A DNA stretch of 64,000 nt. It comes from an uncultured Ectothiorhodospiraceae bacterium (GTDB lineage Bacteria; Pseudomonadota; Gammaproteobacteria; S012-40). A model generated the notes under the pieces. That model ran no database searches. It saw only the letters and a program-made list of their open reading frames with translations, and had not been told where the DNA came from. The stretch spans positions 11,127-75,126 of the forward strand of contig CALZJE010000001.1 in the NCBI GenBank assembly GCA_945787715.1, given 5' to 3'. The translations under genes were made by a program, and so were the position numbers. Shown piece after piece: positions 20,998 through 30,629 of the stretch. Positions within the stretch are counted from its first letter, which is position 1, and every line of letters starts with the position of its first letter.

Positions 20998-21140
20998 CAG
21001 AAGTGATGCTTGGCTGTGTCCTATAAAACCAAACCAGTATAAAGACTCTCCAACTTTTCAATATCAAAACCAACTAGAATTTGGATCGCCAATATTCTTC
21101 GTATATTTAATCATCAACTCAAAAAACACATCCTATAAAT

Positions 21141-22397
21141 ATGAATTTGACAGATTTAAAGCAAAAACCTGCGGCTGAACTCATCGAAATTGCTCAGAAA
21201 ATGGGTTTAGACAATATGGCTAGGTCCAGAAAACAGGATCTTGTCTTCTCAATCCTAAAAGCACATGCGAAAAAGGGGGAAGATATACATGGCAATGGAG
21301 TTCTTGAAATATTACAAGATGGCTTCGGTTTTTTACGTTCCGCAGACAGTTCATATTTAGCTGGACCTGATGATATCTATGTTTCACCAAGTCAAATTCG
21401 TCGCTTTGCGTTGCGCACGGGTGATACCGTTGCGGGTAAAATCCGACCACCAAAAGAAGGTGAGCGTTATTTTGCGTTGTTGAAAGTTAACGAGATTAAT
21501 TTCGAGGCTCCTGAAAATGCGCGTGGTAAAGTTTTATTTGAAAACTTAACGCCATTGTTTGCCGAAGAACGATTAATGATGGGGATCGGTAACGGAAGTA
21601 CTGAAGATTTAACGGCTCGAATCATTGATATTGTCTCTCCCATTGGTAAAGGGCAGCGGGGTTTAGTGGTTTCACCGCCTAAAGCGGGTAAGACGATGAT
21701 GTTGCAAAACATCGCACATTCGATTACGGCAAACCATCCAGAATGTATATTGATTGTACTGCTTATCGATGAGAGACCTGAAGAGGTAACAGAAATGGCA
21801 CGTACCGTTAAGGGTGAGGTTGTTTCAAGTACCTTTGATGAGCCTGCAGCACGCCACGTGCAAGTTGCTGAAATGGTTATCGAAAAAGCAAAACGTTTAG
21901 TTGAGCATAAGAAAGACGTTGTTATTTTGCTTGATTCTATTACTCGATTGGCTCGAGCTTACAATACTGTGATTCCTTCGTCCGGAAAAGTTCTTACTGG
22001 TGGCGTAGATGCCAATGCATTGCAACGCCCAAAACGCTTTTTTGGGGCGGCGCGAAATGTTGAAGAAGGTGGAAGCTTAACGATTCTTGCTACCGCTCTT
22101 GTTGATACTGGATCTCGAATGGATGAGGTTATCTACGAAGAGTTCAAAGGTACCGGTAATCAGGAGTTGCATCTCGATCGCAAAGTGGCGGAAAAACGAA
22201 TCTATCCTGCAATTAATGTAAATCGTTCAGGTACGCGTCGTGAAGAGAAGCTTACTTCTCAGGAAGAGCTGCAAAAACTTTGGATCCTACGTAAGCTTCT
22301 ACATCCGATGGAAGAAGTGCAAGCGATTGAATTTCTGATTGATAGACTGAAGGATACTAAGACTAACGATGAATTTTTTGATGCTATGAAGCGATAA
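21141..22397 (+). CDS. rho: Transcription termination factor Rho
   Basis: [37 protein letters not shown]. Confidence 0.99.
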   Translation: MNLTDLKQKPAAELIEIAQKMGLDNMARSRKQDLVFSILKAHAKKGEDIHGNGVLEILQDGFGFLRSADSSYLAGPDDIYVSPSQIRRFALRTGDTVAGKIRPPKEGERYFALLKVNEINFEAPENARGKVLFENLTPLFAEERLMMGIGNGSTEDLTARIIDIVSPIGKGQRGLVVSPPKAGKTMMLQNIAHSITANHPECILIVLLIDERPEEVTEMARTVKGEVVSSTFDEPAARHVQVAEMVIEKAKRLVEHKKDVVILLDSITRLARAYNTVIPSSGKVLTGGVDANALQRPKRFFGAARNVEEGGSLTILATALVDTGSRMDEVIYEEFKGTGNQELHLDRKVAEKRIYPAINVNRSGTRREEKLTSQEELQKLWILRKLLHPMEEVQAIEFLIDRLKDTKTNDEFFDAMKR

Positions 22398-22456
22398 AAA
22401 AGCGATAAATTTTATTTAATGTAAATTTCCTCAAGTCTAATAGTCTATCACCTTAC

Positions 22457-23194
22457 ATGCGTCAGCTAAGGTTTTATGTCCCTTTTCAATTGGTTGATGG
22501 TGAGTGTTTCACTCTTCCCGAGGATGTCTTCAAACACGCAATTAAGGTTTTACGACTTTCTGTTGATGCGGAGTTTGTGCTGTTCTGCGGTGATAATAGA
22601 GAATATCGGGTTAGATTAGCGTCTATTCAGAAAAAATCAGCAGAAGTTAAAGTTTTAGGCTCTCAAAAAGTTAATCGAGAGTCTTCTCTCAAGATCCACC
22701 TTATTCAAGGCGTGTCTAAAGGCGATAGAATGGACTTTGTTTGCCAAAAAGCGACAGAACTTGGCGTCCATTCCATAACTCCTGTGTTTACCGACAGAGC
22801 TAATGTCTCCTTGTCGGGAGATCGATTGGAGAAAAAACTCAGTCATTGGAAAGGTATAACAACATCCTCTTGTGAGCAGTGCGGTCGTAACTCCCTTCCT
22901 TTTGTTAATCCACCGGAGCAGCTTCCATCTGCGTTAAAACGCTTCTCAGAGCTGGAAATTGCCAAATTTGTGTTGTCTCCAACTGCTTCTTGCAAATTAC
23001 TAGAAACCTGGAAACCCTGCCGTGAGCTTGCTGTTTTAATCGGGCCAGAAGGGGGATTAAGCGAAAAAGAGCTTCAAGCTGCAGCAGTTGCTGGTTTTCA
23101 AAGCACTTTGCTTGGTCCGCGAATATTGCGTACAGAAACAGCTGCGATCACATTTATATCCCTTTTTCAGGGGTTGTGGGGCGATTTAACATAA
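22457..23194 (+). CDS. rsmE: 16S rRNA m3U1498 methyltransferase
   Basis: HAIKVLRL, QKATELGV, EQCGR, IGPEGG, LGPRILRTETA. Confidence 0.96.
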   Translation: MRQLRFYVPFQLVDGECFTLPEDVFKHAIKVLRLSVDAEFVLFCGDNREYRVRLASIQKKSAEVKVLGSQKVNRESSLKIHLIQGVSKGDRMDFVCQKATELGVHSITPVFTDRANVSLSGDRLEKKLSHWKGITTSSCEQCGRNSLPFVNPPEQLPSALKRFSELEIAKFVLSPTASCKLLETWKPCRELAVLIGPEGGLSEKELQAAAVAGFQSTLLGPRILRTETAAITFISLFQGLWGDLT

Positions 23195-23409
23195 ATTGAC
23201 AATTGGTATTTCCGTCTAAATATCCAGCAAAATACGCCTTTCTATGCATCTTTCAATTGAAAAACAATATAAAAATCAAGCATTAGGAAAAATAAGGGAA
23301 TTTGCATTTCTTTACAATTGCTAAGGTTGGAGGTTTGCTACCTGGAAATTCAAATTTCATGGCTCATCATGTAGGTTGCACTGACCGCAACAGTAATATA
23401 TAAATAATA

Positions 23410-23434
23410 ATAGTTGATGAAAATACTCAAGTAT
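23410..23434 (+). promoter_or_regulatory. IscR type-1-like operator overlapping the -35 of the iscR-like promoter
   Basis: atagttgatgaaaatactcaagtat fits ATASYYGACTRwwwYAGTCRRSTAT except at 3 positions; TTGATG-18bp-TATTAT promoter overlaps it. Confidence 0.6.
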
Positions 23435-23473
23435 GGGTATTATATATAAACCACTAACAAGAGGTAAGCAGTC

Positions 23474-23926
23474 ATGAAAATACCAACCAAAGGACGCTAT
23501 GCTGTTTCAGCAATGATGGATCTAGCAATTCATGATAAAATAAAACCACTAACGATCGCTGAAATAGCGGAAAAACAGAATATTTCCTTATCATATTTGG
23601 AGCAGCTGTTTGCCGTTTTGCGTCGCGAAGGGCTTGTTCGAGGGACTAGAGGGCCAGGTGGCGGTTACAGATTAGCTCAACCTGCTAATATGATTACAGT
23701 AGCTCAAATTATTCGTACAGTAGATGTGAAATCGGTCGATCAAGGTAAGGAACATGAAGATTATCTTCCATATATGTTATGGACAGAGCTCAGTAAACAG
23801 ATTTTTAGCTTTTTAGATAACATTACGCTTGCGGAGTGTGTAGATCATCCTGACGTTAAATCACAATTTGAAAAGCAACAGTTAGTGATTAATACTGAGA
23901 GTGATGAAGATCGAGCGGCCGCTTAA
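23474..23926 (+). CDS. Rrf2-family regulator, IscR-like but lacking Fe-S ligands
   Basis: TKGRYAV, ISLSYLEQLF, RGPGGGY, LW..LS..I..FL.NITL as in IscR; Cys-rich loop absent. Confidence 0.85.
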   Translation: MKIPTKGRYAVSAMMDLAIHDKIKPLTIAEIAEKQNISLSYLEQLFAVLRREGLVRGTRGPGGGYRLAQPANMITVAQIIRTVDVKSVDQGKEHEDYLPYMLWTELSKQIFSFLDNITLAECVDHPDVKSQFEKQQLVINTESDEDRAAA

Positions 23927-23995
23927 TATAAACGATGAATAATCTAAGTTAGCACTAGAAAGATTTTATATATAAAGTAGTTAGGAGAATTATAA

Positions 23996-24382
23996 ATGGC
24001 TTATAGCGACAAAGTTCTTGATCACTATGAGAATCCGCGAAATGTGGGCGCTTTTGATAAGAACGATGTGACAGTCGGTACTGGAATGGTCGGTGCTCCT
24101 GCATGTGGCGATGTCATGCGCTTGCAAATTAAAGTGAACGATGATGGCATAATTGAAGAAGCGCGCTTTAAAACTTATGGGTGTGGCTCTGCGATAGCGT
24201 CAAGTTCATTGTTGACTGAGTGGGTTAAAGGTAAGACATTGCAAGAAGCTCAGGAAATTAAAAATACGGAGATTGCTGAAGAATTGGCATTACCACCGGT
24301 AAAAGTGCACTGCTCAGTACTTGCCGAGGATGCTATAAAAGCAGCTATTGAAGATTATCAGGGAAAAATGGGTAAAAACTGA
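23996..24382 (+). CDS. iscU: Fe-S scaffold IscU
   Basis: MAYSDKVLDHYENPRNVG, GAPACGD, YGCGSA, LPPVKVHCS. Confidence 0.97.
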   Translation: MAYSDKVLDHYENPRNVGAFDKNDVTVGTGMVGAPACGDVMRLQIKVNDDGIIEEARFKTYGCGSAIASSSLLTEWVKGKTLQEAQEIKNTEIAEELALPPVKVHCSVLAEDAIKAAIEDYQGKMGKN

Positions 24383-24414
24383 TATCCCTAGTTTCTCATA
24401 GATTCAATTGTATT

Positions 24415-24450
24415 AAAAAAACCTCTCAGATATTTGAGAGGTTTTTTTTT
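24415..24450 (+). terminator. Intrinsic terminator after iscU
   Basis: aaaaaaacctctca-gatatt-tgagaggttttttttt. Confidence 0.9.
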
Positions 24451-24513
24451 GCGAACTGAAAAAATTAGGCTTAAAAAATCTTATTTGGAATTAAATACCT
24501 TTGCAAAAGAATT

Positions 24514-25359
24514 ATGAATAATTTATATCACTCTCAGCAAGAAAAGATAATACATCAATCTTCTGATGAGTATGGCAAACTGGTTATAAAAGAACATGGT
24601 CAAATTAGAAGCTTATATTTTGATGATGAGAAAAAGCAGAGCGCCATATTTACACCATATCCCAGTGTATTGGTGCTGCAATATACTCAAGCCATGATGA
24701 GTGCTTTTCTTTTTAAAGCAATGCCAAATCGAATTCTGTTGTTGGGTTTGGGTGGAGGTGGTCTGGTTCACTTTTTGTTGAAAGCAGCTCCCCAGGCAAA
24801 AATTGAAGTCGTGGAGTTGAGGCACGAAGTTATCGAACTATCGAAGACTTATTTCAAGCTACCTATTTTTAATAAAAGATTATCAGTTCACTGCTGTGAC
24901 GCTCTGCTATTTGTTCACGATAATATAATTAATAATTCCCAGAAATATGACATGATTTTTGTTGATGTTTTTGATAAGGATGGTCCGTCAAAAATAAATA
25001 AAGATGTTAATTTTATCTTTTCATGCAAAGCTTTATTAAATAATTCTGGTGTTGTTGCATTTAATCTTTGGAATCGTAGAATAGATCACTACCCTTCACT
25101 ATATAAAAGATATAACGAAATTTTCTCGGAGAACATAATCGATCTAAAATTCGGACGTGTAAATAGTAATATTTTGTTATTTGGATTTTCATCAGACCAT
25201 ATGCTAGATGAATTAAATGGTCTTGGGCTTGAAGCGCAAAAATTAAAGAAAAGATTTGGAATAGACTTCCCTTATTTTCTGAGCCAAATACAGAAACAAA
25301 ATTTCTCATTTTTATCTCGCATTAAAAAATTCCTATTCAAAAAGCCCGTACATAATTGA
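24514..25359 (+). CDS. Spermidine synthase-like SAM-dependent protein
   Basis: YTQAMM, LGLGGGGL, VEL, YDMIFVDVF. Confidence 0.75.
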   Translation: MNNLYHSQQEKIIHQSSDEYGKLVIKEHGQIRSLYFDDEKKQSAIFTPYPSVLVLQYTQAMMSAFLFKAMPNRILLLGLGGGGLVHFLLKAAPQAKIEVVELRHEVIELSKTYFKLPIFNKRLSVHCCDALLFVHDNIINNSQKYDMIFVDVFDKDGPSKINKDVNFIFSCKALLNNSGVVAFNLWNRRIDHYPSLYKRYNEIFSENIIDLKFGRVNSNILLFGFSSDHMLDELNGLGLEAQKLKKRFGIDFPYFLSQIQKQNFSFLSRIKKFLFKKPVHN

Positions 25360-25482
25360 CGCAAGTCTGCAAAGCTTTAATAGTTAGTGTGCTCATGTGC
25401 CAAATCGCGATTGTCGAGAAGGCCTATTTGCTTGCTAAGTAACCGGATTACTATTTTCTCAACACTTAAACTAACTTTAACA

Positions 25483-25511
25483 TTGACAGTGAAGAAGTGT
25501 CTTTTTAGACT
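25483..25511 (+). promoter_or_regulatory. Sigma70 promoter of the porin gene
   Basis: TTGACA-17bp-TAGACT. Confidence 0.65.
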
Positions 25512-25553
25512 GCGAGGTCACGAGAAATTTTTAGTTATTCATAGGGAAAAATT

Positions 25554-26582
25554 ATGAAATTGAAATATCATGTATTGAGTACTGCAGCTGTTGGGGCTGC
25601 AATGTTGTTACCTATTGCAGCTAATGCGGGTGCCGAAATCTACGGTAAAATTCATTTGTCTGCTGATTACATGGATACAGGCGCCAAAGAAGGTCATGCT
25701 TTAAGCAGTAATTCAAGTCGTATTGGTTTTAAAGGCAAAGAAGAGTTAACGGATTCTTTAAAAGCTGTTTGGAAAATTGAAATTGAATCTGGTATCGAAG
25801 AGGGGAGTACGTTATTTAAATCACGTGATCGATTATTTGGTCTTGAGACTAAGTCGGGGACTGTACAGTTTGGTTATTATGACACACCTAGTAAGTCGTT
25901 AGGCAAAAAATTTGCACAATTTTCCGACACTATCTCTGATCGACGTGGTGTGTTGGGGTATGACTCGAAAGAAGGTGTGAAGTTTGACATACGCGCTGAT
26001 GATGCTGTGATGTACTCTTCACCTTCAATAGCGGGCCTTAAAGTGAAATTAATGCGCTCTGCGGGTTCTACTGCATCTGATGTTGCATCAGGTGCCGATA
26101 CTACTCCCGTTACTAGTTTAAGTGCGCTATATGATAAAAAGAAATATTATGTTGGCATTGCTTATGAAGATCAGGAAGCAATTAGAGTATCCGGTATTCG
26201 TTTTGTTGCAGGCGCCGCTGTCGCTAAAGCTAAGGTAAATGTGATTTTCGAACAGCTTTCTTCTGATAGTAATAAAGGAAGTGATCGTTCTGTATACGGT
26301 TTGAGTGGTTCCTACGGGATAGATACTTATACATTAAAAGGACAAGCATTGCTGGCTGACGACTATTCAGGTAAGTCTGATAGTGGTGCGATGGTAATTT
26401 CTGGTGGACTTTACAAAAAAATTGCCAAGAGTTTTGAAGTGTATGGCATTGTATCGAGGTTGGAGAATGACGACAAAGGAAAATATAAACTAACTGGCTC
26501 TGGGCACGGAGACTCTTATAAACCAAGTGAAGAAGGTGCTAATATGCACTCAGTTTCTGCAGGTATGATTTATAAATTCTAA
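25554..26582 (+). CDS. General diffusion porin (Gram-negative porin family)
   Basis: Signal peptide ANA, IYGKIH, SNSSRIGFKGKEEL, C-terminal Phe. Confidence 0.88.
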   Translation: MKLKYHVLSTAAVGAAMLLPIAANAGAEIYGKIHLSADYMDTGAKEGHALSSNSSRIGFKGKEELTDSLKAVWKIEIESGIEEGSTLFKSRDRLFGLETKSGTVQFGYYDTPSKSLGKKFAQFSDTISDRRGVLGYDSKEGVKFDIRADDAVMYSSPSIAGLKVKLMRSAGSTASDVASGADTTPVTSLSALYDKKKYYVGIAYEDQEAIRVSGIRFVAGAAVAKAKVNVIFEQLSSDSNKGSDRSVYGLSGSYGIDTYTLKGQALLADDYSGKSDSGAMVISGGLYKKIAKSFEVYGIVSRLENDDKGKYKLTGSGHGDSYKPSEEGANMHSVSAGMIYKF

Positions 26583-26605
26583 GTATCAAAAATTATCTGA
26601 ATAAG

Positions 26606-26632
26606 AAAAGAGGGCTATGCCCTCTTTTTTTT
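26606..26632. terminator. Bidirectional intrinsic terminator
   Basis: aaaagagggc-tat-gccctctttttttt between convergent genes. Confidence 0.88.
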
Positions 26633-26650
26633 ATTGGGGTTAGCTGAATT

Positions 26651-26974
26651 TTACTTTGAATACGACCCAATAACTTCATAATGCATGATTTGAGGCTCTA
26701 CTCCTTCTGCCATTTTCATGCAGGCAAAATAAGCGTTACAAAAAGGACTTTCAAATATTTTGTCCAATGCTTTTTTGGCATCATCCATTGAGTGCCAATA
26801 AACAATATCCATAAAATTTCTTTCACCGGTTTTCACTAGAGTTCGAGCAATATACCCTTCGCATTGTTCCAGGAATCCTTTTTCTAGCTGGGCTGAGGCA
26901 TTGAGCAATTGAGTGTTTGTAATCCCTTCAGCTACCTCAAATGGAGCCATTTCAATTATTGTTGCATTGTTCAT
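26651..26974 (-). CDS. Small dimeric alpha-beta barrel (ABM-like) hypothetical protein
   Basis: FL...GYIARTL, DIVYW.S.DDA..A pattern; AAGGA RBS. Confidence 0.6.
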   Translation of the reverse strand: MNNATIIEMAPFEVAEGITNTQLLNASAQLEKGFLEQCEGYIARTLVKTGERNFMDIVYWHSMDDAKKALDKIFESPFCNAYFACMKMAEGVEPQIMHYEVIGSYSK

Positions 26975-27040
26975 CTTGTTTCCTTTTTTATTAGTTGCTC
27001 ATAACGACTAAAGTCGTATGGCAATAATAAGCAAGGAGTA

Positions 27041-27058
27041 CTGACAACATTGTGTCAG
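27041..27058. promoter_or_regulatory. CTGACA-N6-TGTCAG palindromic operator upstream of the ABM-like gene
   Basis: Perfect 6-6-6 inverted repeat ctgaca-acattg-tgtcag about 67 bp upstream of ATG 26974. Confidence 0.5.
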
Positions 27059-27094
27059 CAGGGCGTGGTTTTCAAACGGTAAAACGAAAGTTTT

Positions 27095-27685
27095 TTATTG
27101 AGCTAGCAAATCATCCAATACTTTAATCAGATTTTTACCAGTACGATAGTCTTCGTTTAACAAAATCTCGCCTGTTGCTGATATGACGACAGTTGTGCCG
27201 TTAGAGGCATGAAACTGGTTGAGGAGTGTATGCTCAGTATCTGCCAAGGTAATGAATTCCGAGTCACTATAACCGCTGGCGATTTCTGAAGCACGAGTTA
27301 ATGCGATAGAGCCTGATATATGATCGACGAGAACAAATGTAATATCACCTCGATCTCGAAATTGAGGCATTACCGTGTTGAACATGTGGTCTGAATGCCC
27401 TAAACAGATTGGGCACCACATGGTGAAATAGAGAACGATAGCATCAGTAGGTGTATCTCCATTTTCGAGGTAAGACGATAGGGTAAATAAATCTCCTTCG
27501 CTACTCGTTACTTGAAATTCCGCGGAAATTTGACTAGGCCTGTGGCCTATTGTGCCGCTTTCAACGCTTTCTCGTAAATCAGAATCCGAGGGCAGTAAAT
27601 CATTTTTTATATCACCGCATGCGGTTAAATAAAACAGGCAAATTGAAAAGGTGAGATAGCGAAACAAAAGATTATTGGAAGACAT
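27095..27685 (-). CDS. Thioredoxin-fold (redoxin-like) lipoprotein with CxxC and His
   Basis: Lipobox LTAC; VLYFTMWCPICLGHSDHM; start ATG 27685 overlaps upstream stop. Confidence 0.75.
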   Translation of the reverse strand: MSSNNLLFRYLTFSICLFYLTACGDIKNDLLPSDSDLRESVESGTIGHRPSQISAEFQVTSSEGDLFTLSSYLENGDTPTDAIVLYFTMWCPICLGHSDHMFNTVMPQFRDRGDITFVLVDHISGSIALTRASEIASGYSDSEFITLADTEHTLLNQFHASNGTTVVISATGEILLNEDYRTGKNLIKVLDDLLAQ

Positions 27686-28655
27686 AGCTAACGCCTGTTG
27701 TAAAAACATCTGTTATCGGGAAATTTTCACCCCAGTTATCGCGATCAATAGTGTGGCTCCAACTAAGCTTTAGAATCCATTGATTATCGGAGTCAGACCA
27801 AGCGAGTGCAGTGGATATTGAATTTTTTTTAAATCCTGAAGCAGAGTCTTTAACACCATCTATCGTTGATTTTCCTTCGGTTAAATAGTTATAAGATAGT
27901 GTTGCTGTGAGTGTATCCAAACTTTCCATGAAGTAAGTGTAGCTCGCTGCAGTAGTAATGCTGGTACGATTGCCCAGTTGCTTATTGTAAGGTTCAACAT
28001 AGTTACTTTTTTCTCTATTCACTGAGCGTTTAATATGCACACCGTGACTAAAAGTTACTGCTGCAGTGAAAGGGTAGATTGTTTTTTCCACATGAAGCGT
28101 GCCGTCTACACGATAAAAGCCGCGACCTGTTATATCAAAATCATCGGGTACATTATCATAAGGAGAGGTGCCCGTCGGGAGGATTAACGAGGCACCCCAG
28201 TAAATCGAAGGTTTTAAATCACTCAGCTTTCGCACTTTCCATACACAAGTAATATCGTCGAAGGCTTCATAAAGCAGGGAGATAGACGTATCACCAAGGC
28301 CATGTGTGTTGCGCTCTATGCCTGAATATTTATTGCGATTCCAGGTGTATGGCATAACGATAGAGGTTTGCCAGTTGTCTGCCAATCGATAAGCAAATCC
28401 TGTATTAAGTCGAAACTGCTTTAGATCAGATCCTTGCTGGTATTCTGCACGTGTTCCATCTGCTTCCCAAAAACCATTATAAATTTCTTGATTGATACTA
28501 AGGTCAATCATCGCTGTTGCAGTTTTAGGTAGCATCAAACTGCTACTCGATCCACCTCCACAACAAGAGGCGGCGTGTAGTGATGTCGGACTTAACAGTG
28601 TGGCAGCAATGATTGCTAATTTTATCTGCCGCCACCCTCTTTGTTGTTCGTGCAT
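27672..28655 (-). CDS. Outer-membrane beta-barrel 'transporter' (MetA-pathway/SphA-like) with N-terminal Cys-Cys
   Basis: Signal peptide LHA then ASCCGGG; amphipathic strands, GLGDTSI, L.LPTG motifs, C-terminal GVSYVFQ. Confidence 0.65.
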   Translation of the reverse strand: MHEQQRGWRQIKLAIIAATLLSPTSLHAASCCGGGSSSSLMLPKTATAMIDLSINQEIYNGFWEADGTRAEYQQGSDLKQFRLNTGFAYRLADNWQTSIVMPYTWNRNKYSGIERNTHGLGDTSISLLYEAFDDITCVWKVRKLSDLKPSIYWGASLILPTGTSPYDNVPDDFDITGRGFYRVDGTLHVEKTIYPFTAAVTFSHGVHIKRSVNREKSNYVEPYNKQLGNRTSITTAASYTYFMESLDTLTATLSYNYLTEGKSTIDGVKDSASGFKKNSISTALAWSDSDNQWILKLSWSHTIDRDNWGENFPITDVFTTGVSYVFQ

Positions 28656-28656
28656 A

Positions 28657-30552
28657 TTATAGTGTAGGTGCAGTGAATTTTAATGTACCGTAATTGCCAC
28701 CGTTAGTTTTCATTTCGTATTCGGAAGTACCGTCGTTGATCATCAGGCGGAATGACAATGTATTTTGTTCGCTAGTGCTTATCCCTGATAATGAATCAAT
28801 TGAAAAACGCCCAGTATTATCGCCATCAGCCTGCATTGTTTCCCAAGTTGTACCACCATCCGTTGATACGTCAACTGTTACGGAACTTAGTGTATGCTCA
28901 GGGCGTGTACCGTCGCTAAGCGGTCCATGTAATATTTGTCCTGCATATACAGCAGGAAAACTCATGAGATCATGACTGCCATGATCCATCTCCATGGCGC
29001 GTGATTGCGGCTTATGATGCATGTGTTGGTGGCCATTTGAGGAATCACCTTCCTCTTCCGGATTTTTCATATCACGAGTAGAGATGAACACGGTTAACGC
29101 ATGGCTGCTATCAGTGTTCGGTGTAATTTCATGAAGCCATACCCGGAATGGACGAGTTTCTGTTGCGCCCATCATTGTTGTCCACTGATAATTAGAGTTG
29201 TTAATTAAAGAGAAAAGCACATCGACAGGCGCCTCGCTATCCATGGGCATAGGCATTTTAACTTGAGGATGAAAAACAACAGCGTGGGTTTTATCTGCTT
29301 CACCATCATTGTTTGTATCTTCTTTAACTTTCACCGTATAGCTCCATAAGCCCATAGGCACAGCATTTTCACCCATACCCATTTGCGATGGCATTACGTA
29401 ATAGCTGTCCATATTGTAAATACCATCAGCTGACTCAGAAGTATCTGTCATCATGCTGTGAGGAGTAGAATGAACGTGGCCGGTTATCATGCGCATATTT
29501 GGATGTTGCATAACACCTATGATCTCTTCATCACTACTTGTATTAATAGCAACACCACTTTCATCTTGCAGTGTGATTTTATGGTTGACGTGTGAAACCC
29601 AAAATCCTTGGGGGATTGGAGGATTGGCTTCAGTATCCAGTGAAACAGTTATCACACGGCCTGAGTCGGTTGTGATTGTTTTGCTTGCAGCACCAGCTGC
29701 ATCGTATTTAATTTTAGGTAAGTTGCTCGCAGGCGCCGGAATGCCTGAAGTATTGCTGCTACTGCCAGCAAATCCACTATAAGCCGCTAAAACTCGTGTG
29801 TCTAATGGAAGCGTGTTATGTAGAGTCTGTAAATTATGCGTACCGAGCATTACGCCATTTGCGCCATCGGAGCCATCAAGGTCATCGTCAGAGAGGTCTT
29901 CGGCAATGGCATTCAACAGGCCAGCTATATCGTTTGAGCTGAGTGATAGCTCGGAAGCTAATTGGCTGAAAGCACCTGCTCGAAAGGCGGCATCTCGATC
30001 TGCCTGTGGACGTTCTGCGGCCGATGCGCTATCAAGTATCGAGGGTGAGAACGGCTTTGCGTCCATATTTGGCTCATAACCAAATGCTGTTTTAAAAGAG
30101 GCTTTTGCTTGTTCAATAGTTTTTCCATGGTCTTTAACCAGGTAACTGATGACTGATGAACCCGGTGTAATCGGGGCGTTGCCTGTTTGTCCTTTTTGAT
30201 AAGTGCTCTCAGGCGTTGTCAGCGTAAGTGCATTCTCATTATCAAGCGTGATTGATTCATCTGACGCGCTATCTTTATATATCCCGGTGACTTTAAAGGT
30301 TAGTTCTTCGGTCAATGCACTATTAGAGACTTTTAAGCTAAATGAGCCAGCTTCTACCTTGCCTGAAGCAACAGAGTTATTATTGCTATCAACTACCTCT
30401 ATATCTCCAGAAATTGAACCTGAAACAATAGCGACACCTTCAATCAGTGTTGTGTCTTCTGCTGAATCTTCTATGCATCCTGCTAATCCAATTCCCATAG
30501 TCGCAGCTAAAATGCCGCTAAGTGTTGTACTTTTGAATGTAGGCTGCAACAT
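28657..30552 (-). CDS. Large His/Met-rich lipoprotein with a YtkA-like C-terminal region
   Basis: Lipobox LAGC; HPNMRMITGHVHSTPH...GIY...YYVMPSQMG...W; GHQHMHH...MEMDHGSHDLM. Confidence 0.65.
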   Translation of the reverse strand: MLQPTFKSTTLSGILAATMGIGLAGCIEDSAEDTTLIEGVAIVSGSISGDIEVVDSNNNSVASGKVEAGSFSLKVSNSALTEELTFKVTGIYKDSASDESITLDNENALTLTTPESTYQKGQTGNAPITPGSSVISYLVKDHGKTIEQAKASFKTAFGYEPNMDAKPFSPSILDSASAAERPQADRDAAFRAGAFSQLASELSLSSNDIAGLLNAIAEDLSDDDLDGSDGANGVMLGTHNLQTLHNTLPLDTRVLAAYSGFAGSSSNTSGIPAPASNLPKIKYDAAGAASKTITTDSGRVITVSLDTEANPPIPQGFWVSHVNHKITLQDESGVAINTSSDEEIIGVMQHPNMRMITGHVHSTPHSMMTDTSESADGIYNMDSYYVMPSQMGMGENAVPMGLWSYTVKVKEDTNNDGEADKTHAVVFHPQVKMPMPMDSEAPVDVLFSLINNSNYQWTTMMGATETRPFRVWLHEITPNTDSSHALTVFISTRDMKNPEEEGDSSNGHQHMHHKPQSRAMEMDHGSHDLMSFPAVYAGQILHGPLSDGTRPEHTLSSVTVDVSTDGGTTWETMQADGDNTGRFSIDSLSGISTSEQNTLSFRLMINDGTSEYEMKTNGGNYGTLKFTAPTL

Positions 30553-30629
30553 GAAAAAACTCCCCCAATGCCTGTTAATTGCTTGTTAAATGCGAGCTTA
30601 AGGATAAGGGGAATTTAGCGATATGAGAA

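Noticed and set aside
20987..21178. 63-aa ORF as a rho leader peptide
   Set aside because: GTG start buried in the hairpin, no RBS, overlaps rho out of frame
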